Shown here one piece after another: positions 1 through 8,554 of a DNA stretch of 64,000 nucleotides. The stretch spans positions 480,001 through 544,000 of the forward strand of contig JBCBUK010000002.1 of NCBI GenBank assembly GCA_039818205.1, in the 5' to 3' direction. Numbering within the stretch: the stretch's first letter is position 1; every line of letters begins with the position of its first letter. The notes under the pieces were generated by a model that made no database searches, was not told the DNA's origin, and saw nothing but the letters and a program-made list of their open reading frames with translations. Source of the DNA: Verrucomicrobiota bacterium. GTDB lineage: Bacteria; Verrucomicrobiota; Verrucomicrobiia; Opitutales; Cerasicoccaceae. The translations under genes were made by a program, and so were the position numbers.

Positions 1-459
1 TGGGAAGTTTCCGCTGTTGACGGTGTCATTCATTTGGCCGGTCCCGCTCGGTATCTCGGCTACTGGGGCCGGGAGCCGCTCGATGATGATTCTTGGTCCA
101 CCCATGACCGTGGCGAGCTACTTGAGAGTGGCCGGCTACAAGTCCTTGGCCGTGGGCCGCGGTTCATTGTTTCGGGCGGCAAAAAGGTCGACCTGGGTGA
201 GCTGGAGTCTCGCCTTCAAGATTGGACTGAGATCCGCGAAGTCGTTGCCTGGGGTCAACCCGATTCGCATTGGGGAGAATCCATCCAGGTTGCGGTAGTT
301 GCAGCGAAAGACCTTGGTGAATCCGCGTTGATCAGCTTGGCTCGTGACCGTTTGATGCCTGAAATGCGGCCGCGGCAATGGTTCCTTGTGCCGCAGATTC
401 CTCGCTTCGCGAACGGCAAGCTGGATTGGACCCGGCTTCGTGAGGATTTTGCAGATTGA
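1..459 (+). CDS. AMP-binding (acyl-CoA ligase) family protein, C-terminal part, MenE-like; 5' end lies outside the window
   Basis: Frame is open from base 1. Motifs THDRG, GRLQVLGR, SGGKKV..ELE, PDSHWGE and IPRFANGKLD are typical of the adenylate-forming enzyme C-terminus. Confidence 0.75.
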   Translation, partial: WEVSAVDGVIHLAGPARYLGYWGREPLDDDSWSTHDRGELLESGRLQVLGRGPRFIVSGGKKVDLGELESRLQDWTEIREVVAWGQPDSHWGESIQVAVVAAKDLGESALISLARDRLMPEMRPRQWFLVPQIPRFANGKLDWTRLREDFAD

Positions 460-490
460 TATTCCCTAAATGGCCTCTTGGTCTCCGTTG

Positions 491-736
491 CTACATGATA
501 AACAGTAGGTAAACGACGCCAAGTGAACCGAGGAGCAGCAAGCTTGCGAAAATCTTCAATACGATGAAGCTGGTCTTGGAAACTTCCAGGTCATCGAAGC
601 CCAGCAAACTGCCCAGTCGCTCTTCCCACCGCTTATGGCTGACGATCAATAAATTCATTGATACAAGAAACATGGTCGTTGGAATCGCGACCTTGATGGA
701 CCATTTGATGATTTCGATTATTTGACCGGTACCCAT
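491..736 (-). CDS. Small hypothetical membrane protein (2 TM)
   Basis: ATG start, two hydrophobic segments, fills the intergenic gap. Confidence 0.6.
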   Translation of the reverse strand: MGTGQIIEIIKWSIKVAIPTTMFLVSMNLLIVSHKRWEERLGSLLGFDDLEVSKTSFIVLKIFASLLLLGSLGVVYLLFIM

Positions 737-863
737 TGGAAACAGCTTTTGGAAATATCTCGCTAAAACGTCCTAGCGTTGAAGCATAGTCAAGGCATTA
801 TGAATTTTTCGGTAACAAATACGATCGGAAGCTCGAACATCTCGTTACGAGCCCAACTATAGG

Positions 864-1616
864 ATGAGTTTACAGACAAAAATCAGTGTGGTGATCCCGG
901 CGCGGATGGAGTCGAGTCGTTTGCCCGGTAAAATCCTCCTGGATATTGGGGGAAAACCGATGTTGCGGCACGTGTGGGAGCGGGCTCTGGAAATGAGATT
1001 GGCGGATGAGATTGTAATCGCAACGGACTCGTCCGAGGTCATGGAAACGGCCCAATCCTGGGGCGCGGTGGCCCACCTTACGCCGAAAGAATGCCCCAAC
1101 GGCACCGCCCGCATTGCGACATTGCTCGATCGGCTGATCGGTGACTTCATAATCAATCTTCAGGGCGATGAACCGCTGATGGAGTCGGCCCTCCTCGACG
1201 GTTTGGCGGAAAGCTGGCGCCAAGATGGCGGCGATGTCGTGACTGCCGTTCGGCGGATCGAAGACGATGCCGAGTTGCGGGATCCAAACCTGGTTAAAGT
1301 TGTATTGGGCCAACGTTCACAGGCTTTGTATTTCTCGCGATCCCCGGTTCCGTTCCTGCGCGATGCCGCTGATGATTGCTGGGTTGCTCATCACGACTAT
1401 TGGGCCCATATCGGCATCTATGGCTACAGTCGCAAAACCCTAGAACAGTACTCGACGCTTGCGCCCGGGACGCTTGAGCAGATTGAACGCCTTGAGCAAC
1501 TACGGTTTCTCGAGCACGGTTTTTCGATCCGCACGGTCAATACCCAGTATCACCCGCTCGGGATTGATACACCGCAGGACCTGGAGCGGGCCCGAGCCTT
1601 GTTCGCAACCAAGTAG
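864..1616 (+). CDS. kdsB: 3-deoxy-manno-octulosonate cytidylyltransferase (CMP-KDO synthetase)
   Basis: IPARMESSRLPGKIL, NLQGDEPL, ALYFSRSPVP, HIGIYGY, LEQLRFLE, GIDTPQDL. Confidence 0.97.
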   Translation: MSLQTKISVVIPARMESSRLPGKILLDIGGKPMLRHVWERALEMRLADEIVIATDSSEVMETAQSWGAVAHLTPKECPNGTARIATLLDRLIGDFIINLQGDEPLMESALLDGLAESWRQDGGDVVTAVRRIEDDAELRDPNLVKVVLGQRSQALYFSRSPVPFLRDAADDCWVAHHDYWAHIGIYGYSRKTLEQYSTLAPGTLEQIERLEQLRFLEHGFSIRTVNTQYHPLGIDTPQDLERARALFATK

Positions 1617-1622
1617 TCTCGC

Positions 1623-2999
1623 ATGGCTCAAACCGATGGTATGAATCGCTTTGAGGCGTTTAGATTGCGCCATCCCCGAATGGTGTTCGACCGTTCGGAT
1701 TGGCACTGGGTATCTCCAACGCATTTGGAAATGCGGTTCCGTTACCAATTGGAGAATGGTCCGACCTTTTCCGTCGAATCCAGCTGTGTACTTCCTGGTG
1801 GCCTGCGTGCGGCGCCCGTCGCGCCGCCTGTGATGGATTCCCTGGTGTTTCACTTTGGATTGGTCCAGTTGATCAGCTATTGGAAATCGGCATGCCCGCC
1901 GATCGTCGAAATTGCCGTGGGTTCGCTCGATACTTGGCAGATCGCCTGGTGGAAGAAGCTGTTTTTTCGGGGTCTGAGTGAGTTTTTCTTTGTTAACGGC
2001 ATTGAAGCCAATGAGGAGAGTTTGGTGGACTTTCGAGTGGCCGAAAAGGCAGCGCAGGAATTGCCCCGACTTAATGGAATTTTGGGTTCCGACGCGGTGA
2101 TGATACCCGTGGGGGGTGGGAAAGACTCCGCGCTGACTATGGAGCTCCTTGGCGAGCGGCCCAACTCAGTGTTTTTTGCAATCAATCCGATCCCGGCAGC
2201 CCTCAAGTGCATTCGGGAGTTCGACCCTGAATTGCGGCGCACCGTCTCGATGGAATACCGTATCGACCCGCAGTTGCTGACGTTGAACCAGGAAAACTAC
2301 CTCAATGGTCATACACCGTTTTCAGCATTGGTCGCCTTTGGAACAGCCATTGCCGCGGCCCTTGCGGGCACACCACAGGTTGCCCTATCGAATGAGTCGA
2401 GCGCCAGTGAGGGCAATACCGAATTCGGAGGTTTTTTGGTTAACCATCAATATTCCAAGTCTCTCGAATTTGAATGCGACTACCGCGAGTACGCCGCCCG
2501 CTATTTGCTTTCGGACTATAGCTATTTTAGTCTGTTGCGTCCCCTTAATGAAATCCAGATTGCTCAGGCCTTTAGTGAGCTGTCGCGTTGTCATCAGGCC
2601 TTTATCAGTTGCAACCTTGGCGGTCGGCAGGACCGTTGGTGTGGCGAATGCGCAAAGTGCCTTTTCACCTACGTAATGCTTTCCGCGTTTTGGACCGACG
2701 AGCAGTTGTTTGCCGTTTTTAAGAAAGATCTTTTCGAAGATGAGGAATTGATTCCCGAACTGAATGCCTTGATGGGATATGGCGGCATCAAGCCACTAGA
2801 CTGTGTCGGCACCGCAGAAGAAGTTCATTCGGCGTTGGCGCTGGCGCTGGATTTGAGGGAGGGCGAGTTGCCTCCGCTATTGCGGCATTTTCGATCGATT
2901 TTTGCGAGCTATCCAGTTCAGGAAGACCTACTGCTAACGTTTGCGGAACATCGGGTTCCGGGTCCCTACTTAGACCGACTGAAGCAGCTTTTTTGCTAG
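1623..2999 (+). CDS. murL: UDP-MurNAc-L-Ala-L-Glu epimerase MurL-like PP-loop protein
   Basis: SYWKSACP, GLSEFFFVNG, GGGKDS (PP-loop), NGHTPFSA, SNESSAS, VNHQYSK, YFSLLRPL, SCN..WCGECAKC and KPLDCVG follow the motif order of Xanthomonas MurL as I recall it. Confidence 0.85.
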   Translation: MAQTDGMNRFEAFRLRHPRMVFDRSDWHWVSPTHLEMRFRYQLENGPTFSVESSCVLPGGLRAAPVAPPVMDSLVFHFGLVQLISYWKSACPPIVEIAVGSLDTWQIAWWKKLFFRGLSEFFFVNGIEANEESLVDFRVAEKAAQELPRLNGILGSDAVMIPVGGGKDSALTMELLGERPNSVFFAINPIPAALKCIREFDPELRRTVSMEYRIDPQLLTLNQENYLNGHTPFSALVAFGTAIAAALAGTPQVALSNESSASEGNTEFGGFLVNHQYSKSLEFECDYREYAARYLLSDYSYFSLLRPLNEIQIAQAFSELSRCHQAFISCNLGGRQDRWCGECAKCLFTYVMLSAFWTDEQLFAVFKKDLFEDEELIPELNALMGYGGIKPLDCVGTAEEVHSALALALDLREGELPPLLRHFRSIFASYPVQEDLLLTFAEHRVPGPYLDRLKQLFC

Positions 3000-3110
3000 T
3001 CTTCGCGATTACTTATAGGTTTGAGCTGACCAAAGGATATAGCGAAATGCCCTTGCGTGCGGGGTCGGGTCTCTGCCACCATTCTTGTTTCTTTGTTGTT
3101 GGTTTCCGAG

Positions 3111-5282
3111 ATGTCGAATATTTGTCGAAATTGGTTAGTTGCGTTTGTCATTGCCTTGCTCTTGTGGTCCTTGGGCGCTTGTCGTCCCAAAGCGACTGAA
3201 CCCGAGGCGGCCATCGATAAACCGTCGGCACAACCGAGAATTCCGCCGATGCCGACGACGTTTTCGCCTCAGCGCCTTGCCAAGATCGGTCCAGAGGCCT
3301 GTGTGGAATGCCATGCAGAAATTGTTGAAGAGTGGCGGGGTACCCACCATGCATTGGCGAATCGCCCGGTGGATCCGGCAATCGATGATCCGGCCTTCGT
3401 GCCTCCGCATTCGGTTACGGATGCCGGAGTGACCACAACACTCAGCAAGAACGGTGGTGAGTTCATCATTTCGGTGGATGAAGCCGATGGCACGAGATCA
3501 GAGCATGTGCTGAACGGGGTGATTGCCGTGGACCCGCTGCGCCAGTACCTGGCACCGATGCCCAATGGAGCCTGGCAAACCACCAGTGTAGCTTTTGATG
3601 TCCATCACAAGGAATGGTTTGAGGTTTTCTCTGGTGAGGACCGATTGCCCGGCGAATGGGGGCATTGGACCGGACAGGGGATGAACTGGAACGCCAATTG
3701 TGCGGCCTGCCACATGACGGAGTTCAAGAAGAACTACGATTGGAAAACGGGCAATTATTCTTCGACTTGGCTTCAACAGGGGATTGCCTGCGCGGAGTGT
3801 CACGGGGGTCTCGAAGCCCATGTTAAAAATGCGTCGCGGCCGGGCTATAAAGCGCCACCCGGCTTGAAGCTTTCGAAGCCTCAAGTCATGGATAATTGCG
3901 CGGCGTGCCATTCCCGTCGCGGACAATTGACTGCTGATGGATTTTCGCCCGGTGACGAGTTTCACCAGCACTACGAATTGGCGCTCCCGGATCAGCCGGG
4001 TTTGTATTTTGCCGATGGTCAGATTCGCGATGAAGTATTCGTTTACGGCTCCTTTCGGATGAGCCGCATGGGTCATGCGGGCGTCTCATGTCTGGATTGC
4101 CACAACCCGCATTCCAATGAACTGATCCTGCCAGCGCAGAATAATATGCTCTGCATGCGTTGTCATGAGAGTGGGTTGGATAATGCACCCGTCATAAAAC
4201 CGACCGAGCATAGTCACCACTCAGCCGGCAGCACGGGTAATCAGTGTATTGAGTGCCACATGCCGCATACGACTTACATGCAGCGGGATCCGCGGCGCGA
4301 CCACGGTTTTCTGGCACCTGACCCATTGATGACGCAGGAGTTTGGTATCCCCAATGCTTGCAACCGTTGCCATACGGACGAGTCGGTGGAGTGGGCTGTC
4401 GAGTGGTCGGAAAAATGGTATGGCGACAAGCTTGCTGATTCCCGCCAACGCAAACGAACGCGAGCAATCGCAGCAGCGCATGCGGGCGAGCTGGCAGCGA
4501 GCGATTTGATCTCTCTGGCAAATTCCGAGGAAATTCCAGCATGGGAGGCCACCTACACTGGGCTGCTTGGGCGCTATGCCTATGAGCCAGCGGTGACGTC
4601 CTTTCTGATCAACCAGTTGTCGCACGAAGATCCGCTCGTTCGCACTCGTGCGGTTCGTGCTTTGTCTCCCGTGCATCAAGCCCTGGGTGATCTTTATTTA
4701 CGACTCGATGACGATAACCGCTCGGTTCGGCTGGCGGCAGTCGACGCTTTTGTTGGGCGCACACAGCTCGCACCAGATAAACTCTCTGAGTGGCGAGACT
4801 TCCAGCAATTTAATAGCGACCGGCCACAGAACGCCTTCGTCCTGGCCGATGAAGCGGTTCGACAAGGCGACGTCGATCGCGCGAAAATGTTTGTTCAGCG
4901 CGCCGTCGACTTAGACAAGCTCAACAGTGCGGTCTACCAGCAAGCAGCGGTATTTTTCAGCCGTTTCCAGGAGCCTGATCGCGCAGAAGAGCTTTTGTTG
5001 AAAGCGATTGAGCTGAATCCAAACGATCCGCAAAGCTACTACTACCTAGCGTTGTTGCGGGCAGAAGCCGAAAACTATGAAGAGGCGGCGGCGCTGTTGA
5101 GCGATGTAGTTGCCCTCCAGCCAGAGTTCCATCGCGCTTGGTATAACTTGGCGCTCGCTTACATGCGCCTGGAGCAGTGGCAGGAGGCCGGTGATGCTTT
5201 GGACGGTGCAGAACCCGCCATGGGACAATCTCCAGACTTTCAGCGGACGCGCCAGATGATTAATCAGGCGCTTGGTAAGTAA
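3111..5282 (+). CDS. Multiheme (8x CxxCH) c-type cytochrome lipoprotein with HEAT and TPR repeats
   Basis: CVECH, CAACH, CAECH, CAACH, CLDCH, CMRCH, CIECH, CNRCH; lipobox-like LLWSLGAC; C-terminal HEAT/TPR repeats. ATG 3111 preferred over the longer ORF start. Confidence 0.88.
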   Translation: MSNICRNWLVAFVIALLLWSLGACRPKATEPEAAIDKPSAQPRIPPMPTTFSPQRLAKIGPEACVECHAEIVEEWRGTHHALANRPVDPAIDDPAFVPPHSVTDAGVTTTLSKNGGEFIISVDEADGTRSEHVLNGVIAVDPLRQYLAPMPNGAWQTTSVAFDVHHKEWFEVFSGEDRLPGEWGHWTGQGMNWNANCAACHMTEFKKNYDWKTGNYSSTWLQQGIACAECHGGLEAHVKNASRPGYKAPPGLKLSKPQVMDNCAACHSRRGQLTADGFSPGDEFHQHYELALPDQPGLYFADGQIRDEVFVYGSFRMSRMGHAGVSCLDCHNPHSNELILPAQNNMLCMRCHESGLDNAPVIKPTEHSHHSAGSTGNQCIECHMPHTTYMQRDPRRDHGFLAPDPLMTQEFGIPNACNRCHTDESVEWAVEWSEKWYGDKLADSRQRKRTRAIAAAHAGELAASDLISLANSEEIPAWEATYTGLLGRYAYEPAVTSFLINQLSHEDPLVRTRAVRALSPVHQALGDLYLRLDDDNRSVRLAAVDAFVGRTQLAPDKLSEWRDFQQFNSDRPQNAFVLADEAVRQGDVDRAKMFVQRAVDLDKLNSAVYQQAAVFFSRFQEPDRAEELLLKAIELNPNDPQSYYYLALLRAEAENYEEAAALLSDVVALQPEFHRAWYNLALAYMRLEQWQEAGDALDGAEPAMGQSPDFQRTRQMINQALGK

Positions 5283-5293
5283 GCGGTGGCTCG

Positions 5294-6202
5294 CTACCGA
5301 TCGAGCTCGGTCGCAAAGGGAATGCCGTCTTGTGCGCCCGGTCGAGTGACTTTTAGTGCCGCGGCGCGAACCGCTCGGCCCATCGCAGCAATAGGATCAA
5401 GACCGCTTGCGATTCCCTGAGCAAAGTATCCTGAAAAACAATCACCAGCGCCAACGGTATCAATGGGCGAGACGGGTGGTGCGGGAGCGTGTTTCCCATC
5501 ATCCTTTCGCGAGATCCACTGGGCGCCTTGACCGCCAAGAGTCAACGCCACACCTTGGCTCACTATTCGCGACAGCTCGCGCGCGGCTTGCGGCGCGGGC
5601 TTCTCCGCTCTCATATGCGAAGCCTCGTGTTCGTTGGGTATCAGGAAATCGACTTTGGCCAGCATGGTCTCGTCAATTGAGCCCTCGAGGGGAGCTGGAG
5701 TTAAAAATATCGGGACCTTTCCCTGGCCGCGATCGATCGCGGCGTTCACGACCTCGATCGGAATCTCGAGTTGAAGCAGAACCGCTTGGTAGGATTCCCA
5801 GTCAATACCGTCGATGTCTTCTGCGCGTAGGGATCCATTGGCGCCGGATACCACGACGATCGAGTTCTCACCGGATTGGTCGATGGTAATCAACGCAACG
5901 CCGGTGTTGGCATGCTGATCCGTTTTACAGCGCGACATGTCGATACCCTCGCCGGCCATTTGCTCGCGGGCTGCTTGGCCGAGCTCGTCGTCGCCAGTCG
6001 CGCCGATGAATGTCACGGCGGCTCCGGCTCGGGCGGCCGCCACTGCTTGATTGGCCCCCTTGCCGCCGAAGAAGCGTTGGAAGGACTCACCCGCAACCGT
6101 CTCACCTGGCTCAGGAAAACGCCTTGCATGGATGACCAGATCCACGTTGAGGCTCCCGATCACAAGAATCCTCGGCTTGGTGTTGGGGGCGGGCGAATGC
6201 AT
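5294..6202 (-). CDS. rbsK: Ribokinase
   Basis: VIGSLNVDL, GGKGANQAVAAAR, PNEHEA and DTVGAGDCF PfkB motifs; start at ATG 6202. Confidence 0.92.
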   Translation of the reverse strand: MHSPAPNTKPRILVIGSLNVDLVIHARRFPEPGETVAGESFQRFFGGKGANQAVAAARAGAAVTFIGATGDDELGQAAREQMAGEGIDMSRCKTDQHANTGVALITIDQSGENSIVVVSGANGSLRAEDIDGIDWESYQAVLLQLEIPIEVVNAAIDRGQGKVPIFLTPAPLEGSIDETMLAKVDFLIPNEHEASHMRAEKPAPQAARELSRIVSQGVALTLGGQGAQWISRKDDGKHAPAPPVSPIDTVGAGDCFSGYFAQGIASGLDPIAAMGRAVRAAALKVTRPGAQDGIPFATELDR

Positions 6203-6315
6203 CAATTGGAGTTCGAAATGGGGATTTCTCAGATGGTGCAGCCAGCTAGGCACAAAAAAACCTCAAGAACAACGCTTGAAGCAAACAGGGAAATTGTGGA
6301 TGGGATGGGTAACGC

Positions 6316-7467
6316 TTAGATGGCATTCATTTCGTCGTAGAGGGGACGCAGGACGCTTTCGAGCTTCTCCAGCGCTCGTTTTTCTCGCTGCGACACCTGC
6401 TGGTGGCTAATGCCGACTTCTTGCGCAATTTCTGAAAGGGTCCACTGGCGATTGCCCTCGTTCAATCCGAAGCGGAGTGCCAGGACTTCGCGCTGTTTCT
6501 CAGTCAACTCGCTCATGAGCCCGCGCAGCGCCGTGTGCAAATCTTTGCGGGATAGTCGCTCGTGCGGATCGTCGGCGAATTCATCGGCGAGCTGACGCGG
6601 CGATGGATCGTCGTCCGCGAGCGGCGCATCCAGCGGCACACCGGGACGAAGCAATTCATGGTAGCGGCTGAGGTCGTCGGATCCGCTTGGCTTGGCTTCC
6701 GAATCAGCCTTGGCGCTGGCCTCGCTCTGGTCGCGGCGTTGGGCTTCGTTGCCTTCGCGCAGGAGTCGAGATGCTAGATTGATTGGAACGTGAACGGGGA
6801 AGCGTTCACCCATCAGGTAATTCCTGATCTGCCGGGTAATCCAGGTGCGTGCGTAACTACCAAATGATGCTCGCGAGTCCTCAACCTTGTCGATCGCGTG
6901 TAAGAGGCCGAGTGAGGCCTCCTGGTAGGCGTCGGAACGCTGACCGGGATCGAATACCTGCCGATTCACCAGCTTGTGGAGCAAGGATTGGTAGCGGCGG
7001 AAGAGAATGGTCTGCGCTTTTTTGTAGCGTCCATGCTCAAGACGCATGCGCTGCAGCAAAATCTCTTTGAACTCGAGCCATTCGTTAAAGGAAAGGCTTT
7101 GTCCGTAGACGTGTTGGCATTTCTCCAGGTTCCAGATGCGGGCCAGTTTATTGGCGCGTTCACCCGGGAAGCGTCCGCGGTATTGGCAAATAACCCATTG
7201 CGCGAGAAGCTGCTTGTACTCAACTAAGAGACTGTCGAGTAGCGATTGGAGGTTGATGCCACGACGTGGGAGCGGAAGGGATAGGGCCTCTAGACCAGGG
7301 AGGTATTGGTCTTCCCATTCGGGAATGTGGAGCAAGTAATCTACCTCGACCCGGTGTCGGGAAATTGTTTTCCGACAGAGTCTCTCACTAACCTGGTCAT
7401 CTTTACTTTGGACACGACCTAAACCCGCCATCAGATGGGGGCGAATAGACCTGTCTTCGGCACTCAT
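6316..7467 (-). CDS. Alternative sigma-70 family RNA polymerase sigma factor (divergent)
   Basis: Region 2 DAYQEASLGLLHAIDK..FGSYARTWI; region 4 LTEKQREVLALRFGL..TLSEIAQEVGISHQQVSQREKRALEKL. Confidence 0.88.
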   Translation of the reverse strand: MSAEDRSIRPHLMAGLGRVQSKDDQVSERLCRKTISRHRVEVDYLLHIPEWEDQYLPGLEALSLPLPRRGINLQSLLDSLLVEYKQLLAQWVICQYRGRFPGERANKLARIWNLEKCQHVYGQSLSFNEWLEFKEILLQRMRLEHGRYKKAQTILFRRYQSLLHKLVNRQVFDPGQRSDAYQEASLGLLHAIDKVEDSRASFGSYARTWITRQIRNYLMGERFPVHVPINLASRLLREGNEAQRRDQSEASAKADSEAKPSGSDDLSRYHELLRPGVPLDAPLADDDPSPRQLADEFADDPHERLSRKDLHTALRGLMSELTEKQREVLALRFGLNEGNRQWTLSEIAQEVGISHQQVSQREKRALEKLESVLRPLYDEMNAI

Positions 7468-7691
7468 TTTAGGTTTGGGGGTGAGGGATGAAAGAGGGTT
7501 GGCCGTGGCCGGGAGAATTTACTGATTATTGTGGATCAGAGACTTAAAATAAAGAATACATTGCCTTATTCAATGTATTATGCATCGAGGTTAGTCGGTT
7601 TTGCCACAACAATTTTGGGGTGCAAGGATAATTATAAGCAATCTAGTATTATCACCTCAGAAACCTTAATGTTCCATTTTCTTTTTATTTT

Positions 7692-8393
7692 ATGCAAAAA
7701 AAATCTCCTGACCAACCACACACTTGCCTGTCTGAGGCACTTGCACGCTTTGGTAAATTAGGCGATGAGCAATCATATTCGCTTCGAGAAATCTTGCAAG
7801 CTATTGATGAAAAGGGATTTGGCGTTTTTTTGGTACTGCTGGCGTTGCCAAGTGCTTTGCCATTTCCCGCACCTGCGATGAGCACGCCGTTCGGTTTAGC
7901 GATCGTTACTCTAGGTGTACAAATGCTGATGGGCAAGCAGATTCCTGGCCTGCCCGAGCGGGCGCTGAGGATCAAGTTTTCCTCCGGGCTCTTCAAAAAG
8001 ATCATTGGAGCGGCGACTAAATTTCTCGGATTTGCCGAAAATTTTATTCGCCCACGTATGCGATGGGTCACGCAGCCCAAGGGACGGCGATTCTTGTCGT
8101 TTTTGGTAATTTTGATGGGTTTGCTGATGTGTTTACCCATTCCAGGCACCAATACGTTTCCGGCGATGGTGGTTTTTTTGGTCGGAGTTTGCATCAGTGA
8201 GGAGGATGGATTTATCGCGATCTTGGCGGCGTTCGCGGGCGCGTTCGCGGTTTTGGTCTATCTGGTGGCGATCTTCTTCCTGATCAGGTTCTTCAGTGAA
8301 TATGGCTGGGATGCGATCGATGTCTTCCTGCAGCATATCAAGGACTTCGTGAAGGGACTCTTTGGATCGGAAGCGAGCTCGGGTGGATCTTAG
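7692..8393 (+). CDS. ExoD family (exopolysaccharide synthesis) membrane protein
   Basis: SLREIL..KGFGVFLVLLALPSALP, LPIPGTNTFPA, EEDG motifs. Confidence 0.85.
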   Translation: MQKKSPDQPHTCLSEALARFGKLGDEQSYSLREILQAIDEKGFGVFLVLLALPSALPFPAPAMSTPFGLAIVTLGVQMLMGKQIPGLPERALRIKFSSGLFKKIIGAATKFLGFAENFIRPRMRWVTQPKGRRFLSFLVILMGLLMCLPIPGTNTFPAMVVFLVGVCISEEDGFIAILAAFAGAFAVLVYLVAIFFLIRFFSEYGWDAIDVFLQHIKDFVKGLFGSEASSGGS

Positions 8394-8554
8394 GCAATCG
8401 GGCTCGGGCACTTTTCAACTGCCTGAGAATAGCTTAGCGCACCGTCGATGATTGATCGTTCGCAAAGAGAACAAACCTATTCGATATCGAGAGCCGCTGG
8501 AGACGTTCTTGGATCGGCCCGAGTCGTTCGAGACTGATTTCGACGAATCGTGAG

